Source: Candidatus Doudnabacteria bacterium (GTDB lineage: Bacteria > Patescibacteriota > Doudnabacteria > UBA920 > 2-01-FULL-46-14). Taken from it: 64,000 nt of DNA. Where the stretch lies: positions 9,904-73,903 of the forward strand of contig JBGQGB010000001.1 in the NCBI GenBank assembly GCA_041497195.1. Direction: 5' to 3'. Below, one piece after another: positions 1-9,441 of the stretch. Each line of letters starts with the position of its first letter. Position 1 is the stretch's first letter. The notes below the pieces were generated by a model. That model did no database searches and was not told where the DNA came from. It worked only from the letters and a program-made list of their open reading frames with translations. A program made the translations under genes and the position numbers.

Positions 1-711
1 GACTTCCTCGAGAGTCAGTTTCGTACTGCCCTGGCTGGTCAGTTGGTCGAGAATCGAGAGAGCATCGCGAAAACTACCGTCCGCGGCCTGGGCGATAATG
101 AGCCTCGCCTCCCGCGGAACCTGCACTTTTATCTCCGGGAGGACTGTGTCGAAAAGCTGCATGATCTCGGCTCCTGACACGCGCTTGAAATCAAACCTCT
201 GCGCCCGGGAGACCACAGTAGCCGGGACTTTTTGGACTTCAGTCGTCGCCAAAATAAAAATCGCGTGAGCAGGCGGCTCCTCCAGGGTTTTGAGGAGCGC
301 GTTGAAAGCAGACTTGCTGAGCATGTGCACCTCGTCAATGATGAAAACCTTGTATTTCCCCTTGGACGGGCTGAATTTGACATGATCAATGATGTCGCGG
401 ATATTCTCGACGCCAGTGTAGCTGGCCGCGTCGATCTCGAGCAAATCCAAAAAACGCCCCTGCTGCACAGCCACGCAATTGTCACATTTCCCGTCCGGCT
501 CTCCGTCTTTGCCCGGCTTCAGGCAATTGACCGCCTTGGCTAAAATGCGCGCCACGGTGGTCTTGCCCACGCCGCGCGGACCGGTGAACAAGTACGCGTG
601 AGAAACCCGGCCAGAACGCACCGCGTTTTGGAGAATGGTTTTGATGACATCTTGGCCGATGACCTCGCCAAATTTTTGCGGCCGGTAGGTCCGGTATAAA
701 GCTTCAGACAT
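1..711 (-). CDS. dnaX: DNA polymerase III subunit gamma/tau (N-terminal part; runs off window start)
   Basis: Not in ORF track. My translation from ATG at 711: MSEALYRTYRPQKFGEVIGQD...HAYLFTGPRGVGKTT...EIDAAS...FIIDEVHMLSKSAFNALLKTLEEPP, classic DnaX motifs. Confidence 0.97.
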   Translation of the reverse strand, partial: MSEALYRTYRPQKFGEVIGQDVIKTILQNAVRSGRVSHAYLFTGPRGVGKTTVARILAKAVNCLKPGKDGEPDGKCDNCVAVQQGRFLDLLEIDAASYTGVENIRDIIDHVKFSPSKGKYKVFIIDEVHMLSKSAFNALLKTLEEPPAHAIFILATTEVQKVPATVVSRAQRFDFKRVSGAEIMQLFDTVLPEIKVQVPREARLIIAQAADGSFRDALSILDQLTSQGSTKLTLEEV

Positions 712-735
712 ATGAATCAATTATATCACAAAATG

Positions 736-767
736 AAAAAAATCCCGACCGGGGTTCCGGTCAGGAA
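736..767 (-). terminator. Rho-independent terminator of the 799-1410 gene
   Basis: Minus-strand hairpin TCCTGACCGG/CCGGTCGGGA followed by a T run. Confidence 0.65.
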
Positions 768-798
768 ATTGGAGCCAAAAACGCGTTTTTTGTGGCAG

Positions 799-1410
799 CT
801 ATTCTTCCCCTAGTTCCAGATCACTGTCAATATCAGACTTCTCAGCCGGTGGTGCCTCCGGCGCGACCGGATGTTCATCTCCGGATTTTTTGATGATATT
901 TTCCAGGGCAGCCCATTCTGAGTCTTGCCCTTTGGGCACCACGACCGTGACTTCGTCGCCGGGCTCGGCCTTGAAATACGTCAGGGATGCCAATAAAACT
1001 TTGAACGCCTTGCCGTCGGCCAGGACGCGATAATCCCCGCCCTCGGCCTGAGTCAAAATACCGATTTTCTTGAGCCGCTCCACCGGGCCGATTTGTTTGT
1101 AAATAAATGAGCCGTCGTCGGCAATTGTCAGTTTCAAAATATCACCCTCCACCAGTTTGGATTTTGAGGCATAGTTCGCCGGCACTGGATATTTCTTGCC
1201 GTCGGGGCCCAACATGTTCTGCCCGTCAAAAACTCCTTCCACAATCTTCCCGGTGCTGGACACTGTCAAAACTTTGGCCCGCTCCGCCATCGCACCGCGT
1301 GCTGGAGCTGATCCCATAATCTCCCGCATAATCTGGCGGGCTGATTGAATATTTTTTTCTGCGCTTTCGAGCATCTGCCCCAAAAGCGCTAAATTGGATA
1401 ATTTATCCAC
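799..1410 (-). CDS. Conserved hypothetical protein (CPR-type; VEGVFDGQNM...YPVPANYASKSKLVEGD motif)
   Basis: 203-aa ORF with GTG start; N-terminal helix, beta-rich core and acidic tail. Confidence 0.8.
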   Translation of the reverse strand: MDKLSNLALLGQMLESAEKNIQSARQIMREIMGSAPARGAMAERAKVLTVSSTGKIVEGVFDGQNMLGPDGKKYPVPANYASKSKLVEGDILKLTIADDGSFIYKQIGPVERLKKIGILTQAEGGDYRVLADGKAFKVLLASLTYFKAEPGDEVTVVVPKGQDSEWAALENIIKKSGDEHPVAPEAPPAEKSDIDSDLELGEE

Positions 1411-1572
1411 AGTTTTATGTTTCTTTTATCTTGGTGTTAATCCCGCCTGACGCGAGGGAAATTTTGTAATTTGTATCTTAATTTCGGCGCTTGGCTAATC
1501 TGTAAAAATATTATAAACCAATGAATAAAAAAATGCAAATCCCTCGAAACGGAGGACTTTCAGGCAAAACGG

Positions 1573-4083
1573 CTAAACCGTCCGTTCAATCCCGGGCACA
1601 TGCGGCAGGGGCTGACCCAGCTGCGACCGCTCCATGATTTCCGCCTCGACCTCGGCCCGGGCGCGGCTGAACTTGAGCTTGGCCAACTGCCGGACTGCGG
1701 CAGCCATCTCGGCAGAGCCAGGATCCTTAGGAAGCAGGGTATGCATATTGAAAGGCCGCGAGGCCGTGCCGGCAACCATCAATTTCATATACGCATTGAA
1801 CCGGTCAATATTGATGACGTCAAACTCGTTGAAAACCGGGGCATATTCCTTGGCCATGATTTCCGCGTCCTCGACTCCGATCCGGAAAGCCACCATGGTG
1901 CCGGCGTTGCCGAAGACCGCGTCGCGGATTTTGGTATTGTTCTCGTGCACCAGCTGATTGATATACTGATGGGCCATCGTCAAGCTGAGTTTGTACTTTC
2001 TGGCCTCTGACAAAATCGTGGCCAAGCTGTCTGTGACGAAATTCTGAAACTCGTCGATATAGAGATAAAAATCCCGCCTCGCGCTCTCCGGAATGTCCGC
2101 GCGCGCCAGTGCGGCCATTTGCAGCTTGGACACGATGATCAGGCCTAAGAGTTTGGAATTGACCTCGCCGGTCTTGCCTTTGGAGAGATTGATGAGCAAA
2201 ATCTTGCGACTGTCCATGACTTCGCGGAAATCAAAAGCCGAGTGCGCCTGGCCAATGATATTGCGCATCATCTCGTTTTCCACAAAGCGGCCGACCTTGG
2301 AAATGAGATACCCGAGCATCTCGGATTTGTGAAAATCCGTGGTCTTGGCCATCTCCTGCTCCCAAAAAGCCCGTACGACCGGATCATGGACTTTTCCGAC
2401 TTTGTATTTCTGAAAGGCAGGGTCGGTGAACATCCGCGGAATCTCAGCAATCGTGCCAGGCGACTCCTGGTCGGCCATCAGGGTCAACATGACGTTTCGC
2501 ATATTGTGCTCGAACATCGGACCGATCATCTCAGGCGGAAACAATTTGTAGAAAATCTCGATCATCTCCTGCACGGCGAAATCTTTGTCCTCGTCCCGAT
2601 TAACCTCGAGCATATTCAGTCCCATCGGCCGGTCCATATCGAACGGCTCAAACAAGATGACGTCCTCAGCCCGCGACTTTGGCACGTATTTCAGAAGGTC
2701 ATCTATCAAATCGCCGTGCGGATCTATCACAGCCAGCCCCTCCCCGTTCTCGATATCCTGCTTGGCCATGCCTTTCATAAACTCCGATTTGCCGGTGCCG
2801 GTGCGGCCGATGATGTACATATGCCGGAGGCGATCCTCGCGCGCAATCTTGATTTCGGTTTTGACCCCGCGGTAAACATTGACCCCCAACAGCAAACCCT
2901 CACTCGACACGTTCACGGGCGCGGGCGCGCGTTTTGATTGCAGCCATTTGATATTGGGTGTTTGCGTGAACTTCGTCGGTAAATGAAAAAGACTGGCCAG
3001 CTCTTCGGTGTTCAAAATCACCCGGCCCCAGAGCCGCGGCCTGAAGCGCCGCAAGATCATATCTTTGACGACCTGCTCTTTGGACCGGGGTCTCGCTCGA
3101 AACCCGTTGAAGGGAGACTGGCTGTACTCCATAAATGACGCCAAGACATTGCGTAAATGACTCTGCGCTTGCTCTTTACTAGTGCTGGAAATGGCGATGC
3201 GCAGATTGACCTCAAAACCGTTTTTGGAGGCCTTTTCTTCCAGCCGCTTCACAGCCTCCTGCTGCATCGGGGTCAGCGGTTTGTATTGTTCCTGTTCACT
3301 TTTGCTGTTGCCGAATTGATCCTTCTTTTTCGGATTAAAAATGCCGCCCAGGGTCTCGCCCAGGCCACGCCCTACTGCGGAGAGCACTTTGAACCCCGGG
3401 GAGCTGGCAGCGTGAATGGGTTTGCCTTTTTGGATTTCCCGCGCTTGCCGCAAGACCCGGTGCCGCCAGCTGGTTCCCGCTGGACTGACAACCAGCTGAA
3501 TCACTCCCCCTTCGGTAGGTCCGAGCTTGGACAAGCTGTTCGCCAAAGCGTTGAGCGGATCGCTCTCCATGAGCTTGTAGGTTTTGATGGGAAAAATGTA
3601 GCGCTTCTGCAAACCGAGTTCGGCGGCGGCTAGGGCGGCCGAGTTCTTGATGAGTCTGGGCGGCAAAACGACGTCGATTTGGGCCGCCGGATACTGGGCG
3701 TGAATTTGTTTTTCCACCAAATCCTGAAAATGCCTGGGACAATTGATGAGAAAAGAGATTTTTTTGTCCACACTCAGGATTTCGAAACTGATAGTCTCGC
3801 TGCCGCGGAAAAACGCCGCGAAGCCGTGCGGCTCAGCCCCGGCCAAAGTCGCAAAAAGCTGCTCGGCCACTCCGATGATGTCTTTTTCCTCCCTGACTGC
3901 TTCCTGTTCTTTGTCTCCGGCAGTGACTTCTTTCGGGACCAACACTTCCAAAAACACGGAATTGAGGATGCGCGGCGCCACCAGTTTGCCGCGCAAATAA
4001 CCGCGCAGCCACAAAACCAAAAACACCCCGCCCAGGCCAAGTGCGAGAATAATCAAAAATCCTGAAAGCAGTGGATCATTCAT
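1573..4083 (-). CDS. VirD4/TraD/HerA-like P-loop ATPase with N-terminal membrane anchor
   Basis: Walker A GRTGTGKS, VIDPHGD, Walker B YIDEFQNF, LSEARKY; TM helix after probable start MNDPLL (ATG 4083, overlapping the upstream stop). Confidence 0.9.
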   Translation of the reverse strand: MNDPLLSGFLIILALGLGGVFLVLWLRGYLRGKLVAPRILNSVFLEVLVPKEVTAGDKEQEAVREEKDIIGVAEQLFATLAGAEPHGFAAFFRGSETISFEILSVDKKISFLINCPRHFQDLVEKQIHAQYPAAQIDVVLPPRLIKNSAALAAAELGLQKRYIFPIKTYKLMESDPLNALANSLSKLGPTEGGVIQLVVSPAGTSWRHRVLRQAREIQKGKPIHAASSPGFKVLSAVGRGLGETLGGIFNPKKKDQFGNSKSEQEQYKPLTPMQQEAVKRLEEKASKNGFEVNLRIAISSTSKEQAQSHLRNVLASFMEYSQSPFNGFRARPRSKEQVVKDMILRRFRPRLWGRVILNTEELASLFHLPTKFTQTPNIKWLQSKRAPAPVNVSSEGLLLGVNVYRGVKTEIKIAREDRLRHMYIIGRTGTGKSEFMKGMAKQDIENGEGLAVIDPHGDLIDDLLKYVPKSRAEDVILFEPFDMDRPMGLNMLEVNRDEDKDFAVQEMIEIFYKLFPPEMIGPMFEHNMRNVMLTLMADQESPGTIAEIPRMFTDPAFQKYKVGKVHDPVVRAFWEQEMAKTTDFHKSEMLGYLISKVGRFVENEMMRNIIGQAHSAFDFREVMDSRKILLINLSKGKTGEVNSKLLGLIIVSKLQMAALARADIPESARRDFYLYIDEFQNFVTDSLATILSEARKYKLSLTMAHQYINQLVHENNTKIRDAVFGNAGTMVAFRIGVEDAEIMAKEYAPVFNEFDVINIDRFNAYMKLMVAGTASRPFNMHTLLPKDPGSAEMAAAVRQLAKLKFSRARAEVEAEIMERSQLGQPLPHVPGIERTV

Positions 4084-4411
4084 TTTTATGTTCGTTTTGG
4101 GCGCGCATAAAAGCGCTTTCCAATGCCTCTTCCAATGCACTGACGCTAACTCGCGCCGAGTGCGCGAGATTTTCCTCATCTAACTTGCCCTGTTGTGCGC
4201 TTTGAATCTCGCGGATTTGAGGGACTTCCTGAGGATGCGGAGGCGCGGGAATTTCCACCCCCGGCGCTTGCGGGCTCGTCGGCTGTCTAACAGCAATCTC
4301 TTCCGGAGCAGGAACCGGGTACTCCAAAGGTTCTTCGCGAAGCTTAGTCTGCTCGAGCTGGCTTTCGGGCTCAGCTTCCGGCGGCAGGGCTCGGGGTTCC
4401 GCTACTGGCAT
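4076..4411 (-). CDS. Hypothetical Pro/Glu-rich protein
   Basis: ORF overlapping both neighbours in an operon-like chain; start MPVAEP assumed. Confidence 0.6.
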   Translation of the reverse strand: MPVAEPRALPPEAEPESQLEQTKLREEPLEYPVPAPEEIAVRQPTSPQAPGVEIPAPPHPQEVPQIREIQSAQQGKLDEENLAHSARVSVSALEEALESAFMRAQNEHKNE

Positions 4412-4742
4412 TTTTTTGCTCCTCGGCAATCATTAACTTTAAATTTTTGAATTCTTCATCAATGCGCGTGTCCACAGTCTGCTGATATTGCGGATAGTGC
4501 TTCAAAATCTTGCCCAAGGCCCGGTAATCCTCTTGCTCCAAAGTCTCATGAATGCGGGAAATCTCTGCGTGTCCGAGAACGGGCGTAAGCGTTGCAAGAA
4601 TGATGCGATGCAAATGCTCCTGGACCCGCGCGTAGACGTCGGCTTTTTTTTCTTCAGGCAAAGCCACCGGACCGAGGTCAGCGAAAAGTTCTTCGGAATA
4701 TTCCTCGATTCTTTTATTGAGATCTTTGATTGATTTTAGCAT
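4371..4742 (-). CDS. Hypothetical helical protein
   Basis: ORF overlapping both neighbours; start MLKSIK assumed. Confidence 0.65.
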   Translation of the reverse strand: MLKSIKDLNKRIEEYSEELFADLGPVALPEEKKADVYARVQEHLHRIILATLTPVLGHAEISRIHETLEQEDYRALGKILKHYPQYQQTVDTRIDEEFKNLKLMIAEEQKNASSGTPSPAAGS

Positions 4743-5397
4743 ATTGTTTGCTCGTATCCATGTCACTGTCTTCATCCCCAAACGGCTGGTCAGGGCGTTC
4801 GGCTTTTATAGCCGAGAGGTATTCCTGGAGACTCCGCCCCGCGGCTTCTTCGGTGTCTGCTGAGGAAAAGTCCGACAGCTGCTGGTCGATGGAAAGCTCG
4901 GGAAAGGGTCGGGATTTGAGTTTCTTGAGAACTTTTTCTTCAAACTGTTCGTTCAGTGTCGCGATGATTTTGTCCGCGTCAGCGTCGGAGATCTTCGGCA
5001 CAAAAATCGGGAAATCCCGCTCGGGTTCTTCCTGCAAGCTCTGGTTCTTGAGGTTGTACACTGACTGATTGCGCGGCTCTATAGCGGGCGGCGTCGAGTC
5101 AAACAAACTTTTCTTCCGGTTAATATTGGACATTTTCTCTGTAATGTCGTCAATCTCCCGAAGCGACCCCCTCTCTGTTTCGGTCAGATTCGCTTCCTGG
5201 CGTTTGAGTTCAAGCATCCTGGCCAACTTGGTCAAAGCCGAACCGGCCGCCGGGCTGGGCTGAAACGCCGATGTCTGCCCGCTTTTGAGATACGCCTCAA
5301 ATTCCTGTTTTATTTGCCTGATGACTTCTTTTTGCGAATCCATGAGAATGTTTTTTTCGAGCTGCTGGAAAACTTGCATCTGAATTATATCAAACAT
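4714..5397 (-). CDS. Hypothetical coiled-coil/acidic protein
   Basis: Probable start MFDIIQ at 5397; the longer track ORF would overlap corA. Confidence 0.65.
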   Translation of the reverse strand: MFDIIQMQVFQQLEKNILMDSQKEVIRQIKQEFEAYLKSGQTSAFQPSPAAGSALTKLARMLELKRQEANLTETERGSLREIDDITEKMSNINRKKSLFDSTPPAIEPRNQSVYNLKNQSLQEEPERDFPIFVPKISDADADKIIATLNEQFEEKVLKKLKSRPFPELSIDQQLSDFSSADTEEAAGRSLQEYLSAIKAERPDQPFGDEDSDMDTSKQYAKINQRSQ

Positions 5398-5557
5398 GCT
5401 TCTGCTTTGACAAACTGCTCGCCATGGGCTTAAATAAGTGCAGTTGCTGGGAAATCCGAGGCTCGAGCTAAGGGGGAAAATCACTGGCACAAAAAGCCAA
5501 AAAAATTGAAGCTCGACAAAGACACCGAAAAAAATATAAAGAAAGAAGTCTGACAGG

Positions 5558-6478
5558 GTGAACATCCAAACGATCCACACCAAAAATCTGCGCTGGATTG
5601 ACCTGAACAAACCGGGGGCCCCAGAAATCGACTGGTTGCGGGAGAATTTTCATTTCGACGATTTGCACATCGGGGCCGCGGCCGAGGCCCAGCTGCACCC
5701 CCACATTGACGTCGGCGAGGGCTACGATTTTCTAGTTTTATTGTTTCCCGTCTACCACCGCGACACGCAAGAAATCAGCTCGGGCGAGGTCGATTTTTTT
5801 GTCGGCCCGAATTTTTTGATTACCGTGCACTACGGCGAAATTTACACTCTCCAATCGTTTTTTTCCAAAGTCCGCGGAGACCAGGCGACGCGGGCGACGC
5901 TCATGCAAAAAGGCTCCGGTTTTTTGCTGTACAAAGTTCTGGAATCCCTGTTTCGCCGCTCCTATCCAATCCTCGATCATATGACCGCAGACGTGGCGCA
6001 AATCGAACGGCGGCTCTTCCACGAACACGACCTCAATCTGCTCTCCAAGATTTCGCTGCTGCGAAAGAATATTATTGAGTTTCGGCGGATGATGAAAACC
6101 CACCGAACCGTGCTGGAAAAATTACCGAAAAGAACGGTCGAATATTTACTCTTTCCCCAATCCCGTCTGTACTACAAAGACTTACTCGAGTACTCAGACA
6201 ACATTTGGACGATTCTGGAAACGCTCAAGGAAACCGCAGACACGCTCTACGATACTCATCAGGCTCTGGCCACCCACCGGCTTAACGCGGTGACCCGGGT
6301 GATTTCGATATTTTCCGCCACTGTCATCCCCGCGAGTCTTGTGGCTTTTTGGTTTGCGGCGCGCGTTGACGGCATTCCTTTTGCCAACAATCCCTTTGGC
6401 TTCTGGATAGTAGGCAGCCTCATGGTCATAACTTCAGGGATTTGCCTGCTAATTTTCAAACTCAAAAAATGGCTGTGA
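5558..6478 (+). CDS. corA: CorA-family Mg2+/Co2+ transporter
   Basis: WIDL..P N-terminus, long helical stalk, two C-terminal TM helices; canonical GMN motif is replaced (FWFAARVDGIPF). Confidence 0.88.
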   Translation: MNIQTIHTKNLRWIDLNKPGAPEIDWLRENFHFDDLHIGAAAEAQLHPHIDVGEGYDFLVLLFPVYHRDTQEISSGEVDFFVGPNFLITVHYGEIYTLQSFFSKVRGDQATRATLMQKGSGFLLYKVLESLFRRSYPILDHMTADVAQIERRLFHEHDLNLLSKISLLRKNIIEFRRMMKTHRTVLEKLPKRTVEYLLFPQSRLYYKDLLEYSDNIWTILETLKETADTLYDTHQALATHRLNAVTRVISIFSATVIPASLVAFWFAARVDGIPFANNPFGFWIVGSLMVITSGICLLIFKLKKWL

Positions 6479-6494
6479 TTGAAGCCCCTCTGAC

Positions 6495-6527
6495 CAGTCG
6501 TCCTGCCCTGGACGACTGTTTTTTTTT
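6495..6527 (+). terminator. Terminator after corA
   Basis: CAGTCGTCC/GGACGACTG stem plus T9. Confidence 0.85.
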
Positions 6528-6563
6528 GAGCTAAACTGAAACATCACAAAGGAGGAAGCCAAC

Positions 6564-7244
6564 ATGGCTCTGTATCAGTATTTGGAAAGATTTTTTCGCT
6601 TCCTCGATGGGGGGCGCAACAATCTAGTGAGTCTGCTCATCGACAATCGGCTCGTGAAAAAACTTGTCGAGCGGCAAGTTCTGACGCCAAACGGGCTGAC
6701 GATGTTTCGACTCGTCACGACGATAGTCCTTTCAACCCACGTTTTGACCGGCTACTGGCTGACCCGCGCTCTGACGTTTCTGGAGCAAAGCAAATGGTTT
6801 ATGTTTGGTCTGTTTCTCACCGGGTCTCTCAGCGACTCCATAGACGGTCCGCTGTCGAGGATTTACAGCTCTCTGTTCTCGGACGAAGACCGGCGGTATG
6901 GCCTCAATTTCGACAGGCATGTCGACAAAATTTTCACCAGCGCACCCATGCTCATCTACTGGCCGGTCTATGACAATATTACCCGCTCGGTGGTCACTAT
7001 GATGATTGGCGGGGACTTGCTCGCAACCGGGCTCGCCGTCTTTGCGAGTAAAAGCGGGATCAGTATTCCTTCTAATGCTCTGGGCAAGGCGAAAATGGTG
7101 CTACAGTGTATCGGAGTTGGAGCCGTGATCCTGCGATTCCCCGCCTTCGTTGTGCAGTACGCCATGGTGGCTGGATTCACGCTCGGAGTGGCCAGCCTGA
7201 CCATCAACATCACGCTCGCTCGCCGACAAACTGCAGCCAAATGA
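6564..7244 (+). CDS. CDP-alcohol phosphatidyltransferase family protein (PgsA-like)
   Basis: TPNGLTMFR, SDSIDGPLSR...G..FDRHVDK signature, GKAKM; SD AAAGGAGG upstream. Confidence 0.85.
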   Translation: MALYQYLERFFRFLDGGRNNLVSLLIDNRLVKKLVERQVLTPNGLTMFRLVTTIVLSTHVLTGYWLTRALTFLEQSKWFMFGLFLTGSLSDSIDGPLSRIYSSLFSDEDRRYGLNFDRHVDKIFTSAPMLIYWPVYDNITRSVVTMMIGGDLLATGLAVFASKSGISIPSNALGKAKMVLQCIGVGAVILRFPAFVVQYAMVAGFTLGVASLTINITLARRQTAAK

Positions 7245-7263
7245 TGGCTGATCTTACCATCTG

Positions 7264-7308
7264 GGGGAACTGCTCTAGCACCGTGGAGCAGTTCCCCTCT
7301 TTTTTTTT
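7264..7308 (+). terminator. Terminator after the PgsA-like gene
   Basis: GGGGAACTGCTC/GAGCAGTTCCCC 12-bp stem plus T run. Confidence 0.85.
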
Positions 7309-7326
7309 CTTTGCTAAAATGACCCT

Positions 7327-8727
7327 ATGCTCAAGCTTTTCAACACACTGACGAGGAAAAAAGAAGAATTCACCCCGCTCGTCAAAAACCGGGTCGGGAT
7401 TTACTCCTGCGGCCCGACTGTCTATGACTTCGCGCACATCGGCAATCTGCGGGCTTTTTTGTTTGCCGACATTTTGAAGCGGACCCTGCTTTATAATGGT
7501 TTTGAGGTCAAGCACATCATGAATATTACTGATGTGGGGCATCTCACCGGTGATCGCGATATGGGCACGGACAAGCTCGAACAGGCCGCGCGGGAAAAAC
7601 AAAAGAGCGCCTGGGAACTCGCTTCCTACTACACTGACGCGTTTCTGCACGACCTCAAAAGTCTCAATATTCTCAATGCTGACAAATTTCCCAAAGCCAC
7701 GGACCATATCAAGGATATGATCAAGCTGATAGAAGTGCTGGAAAAAAAAGGCTTTACCTACCGCACCACTGACGGCATTTATTTCGACACTGGCAAACTG
7801 CCCGACTACGGCAAACTTGCCAAGTTGGACATCGAAGGTCTACGCGAGGGCGCCAGAGTCGAGGTCAATCCCGACAAACGCAGCCCCACTGATTTCGCGC
7901 TCTGGAAATTCAGCCCCTCTGACAGCAAACGCGAAATGGAATGGCAGTCCCCCTGGGGAGTGGGTTTTCCGGGTTGGCATATCGAGTGTTCCGCCATGTC
8001 CACTAAATATCTGGGCCAACCTTTTGATATTCATACCGGCGGCATTGACCACATCCCCGTGCACCACACCAATGAGATCGCCCAGAGCGAGGCGGCCTAC
8101 GGAAAGCCTTTGGCTAATGTCTGGCTGCATTCCGAATTCGTGGTCATCGACGAAACACGCATGGGCAAAAGCGAAGGCAATCTCCTCACTCTCGAGGAAC
8201 TGCAAAAACGGGGCTACTCCTCACTCGCCTACCGCTATTTTGCTCTGCAGGCCCACTACCGCAGCAAACTTAATTTCACTTGGGAAGCGCTCGAGGGCGC
8301 GCAAAACGCGCTCAACAATCTCTATGCCGCGATTGCCGAATACAAAGAGCCCCAAATCGGCTGTGCGGAATTTGAAAGCCAATTTCTGGAAGCGATAAAC
8401 GACGACCTGGACACGCCCAAGGCTCTGGCGGTGATGTGGGAAGTAGTGCACTCAGACTATCCCGGCGAAGCCAAACTGCAGTCAATCCTCCAGTTCGACA
8501 AAGTCCTCGGCCTCTCCCTTGCGGAGACTCGGCGAAAGCTTTTAAAACCCATCCCTGATGATGTTGAAAAATTGAAAAATCAGCGAGATAAAGCGCGAGA
8601 AGAAAAAAAATGGCAGCTCTCGGATGAGTTAAGAAAAAAAATAAAAAAATCTGGCTACATAGCCAAGGATACTGATCATGGATCTGTGCTAAGCGCCAGC
8701 CCAAGTCCAGGGCCAGACGAGGAATAA
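7327..8727 (+). CDS. cysS: Cysteine--tRNA ligase
   Basis: [27 protein letters not shown] (KMSKS variant). Confidence 0.98.
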   Translation: MLKLFNTLTRKKEEFTPLVKNRVGIYSCGPTVYDFAHIGNLRAFLFADILKRTLLYNGFEVKHIMNITDVGHLTGDRDMGTDKLEQAAREKQKSAWELASYYTDAFLHDLKSLNILNADKFPKATDHIKDMIKLIEVLEKKGFTYRTTDGIYFDTGKLPDYGKLAKLDIEGLREGARVEVNPDKRSPTDFALWKFSPSDSKREMEWQSPWGVGFPGWHIECSAMSTKYLGQPFDIHTGGIDHIPVHHTNEIAQSEAAYGKPLANVWLHSEFVVIDETRMGKSEGNLLTLEELQKRGYSSLAYRYFALQAHYRSKLNFTWEALEGAQNALNNLYAAIAEYKEPQIGCAEFESQFLEAINDDLDTPKALAVMWEVVHSDYPGEAKLQSILQFDKVLGLSLAETRRKLLKPIPDDVEKLKNQRDKAREEKKWQLSDELRKKIKKSGYIAKDTDHGSVLSASPSPGPDEE

Positions 8728-8730
8728 TAT

Positions 8731-9363
8731 TTATTTAACCTGCCTGATCTCCGCAAGCACTATCCAGCGCGCCAATGAGGTGCCGACTGGGTAGCTCGTC
8801 TGCAAGGTCAGCTGCTTGATCTTATTGCCGTTTTGATCAACCGCATTCGGGGTGATGTATTTCACTTCGGTTTTGGAAACCTTGAAACTGTCGGTGACCA
8901 CATAGGTAAACGAGTTGCCGTCCGGATCCGTGATCTCAATCAGCGCTCCTTTCTGCATCTGCGGCAGCACAGCGAAAACCGTCTTGAAATGGCCCTTGGA
9001 CCAGGCGTTGTCCGAAGAGTGGCCGAAAATATAGGAGTTGCCATATTGCCCGGGTAAAACCGTTCCCGGATAGTGCACCACCCCGTTAATCAAAGCTGCC
9101 TGAAAATCGTTTTCCAATTGCGTAGGATTTTCCGAAGGCTTGGTGTCCACGTACTGAATGGGCGCTTTCACCCCGAGACTGTCGATTGAGAGCATATTCG
9201 GCTCGCCTTTCGGGGCTGGAGTCAGCACTGTCGGCGCTGGCACTGGTTTTGGTTTGAAAAAAATATATTTAAGATTAGACGAAATATAGCCATAATCCAG
9301 CAGTATGGCCAGTACAGCAAAAATCAAAAGCGACAAACCGAGTTTTTTCCAAAAATCTTTCAT
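8731..9363 (-). CDS. Sortase-fold protein with TLQTS in place of the catalytic TLxTC
   Basis: N-terminal TM anchor; GVVHYPGT..PGQYGNSYIFGHSS; LTLQTSYPVGTSLARWIV; adjacent to two LPRTG proteins. Confidence 0.9.
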   Translation of the reverse strand: MKDFWKKLGLSLLIFAVLAILLDYGYISSNLKYIFFKPKPVPAPTVLTPAPKGEPNMLSIDSLGVKAPIQYVDTKPSENPTQLENDFQAALINGVVHYPGTVLPGQYGNSYIFGHSSDNAWSKGHFKTVFAVLPQMQKGALIEITDPDGNSFTYVVTDSFKVSKTEVKYITPNAVDQNGNKIKQLTLQTSYPVGTSLARWIVLAEIRQVK

Positions 9364-9398
9364 GGCTTTAAGCGATTTTTCAATTATAGATTAGGAAC

Positions 9399-9435
9399 AA
9401 AAAAAATACCAGTCTTGCGCAGACTGGTATTTTTT
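9399..9435. terminator. Terminator hairpin flanked by A and T runs
   Basis: AAAAAATACCAGTCT/AGACTGGTATTTTTT inverted repeat. Confidence 0.8.
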
Positions 9436-9441
9436 CTTATT

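Noticed and set aside
470-530. DnaX zinc module with Asp in place of the second Cys (EPDGKCDNC)
   Set aside because: Asp can ligate zinc and such variants are known; minor
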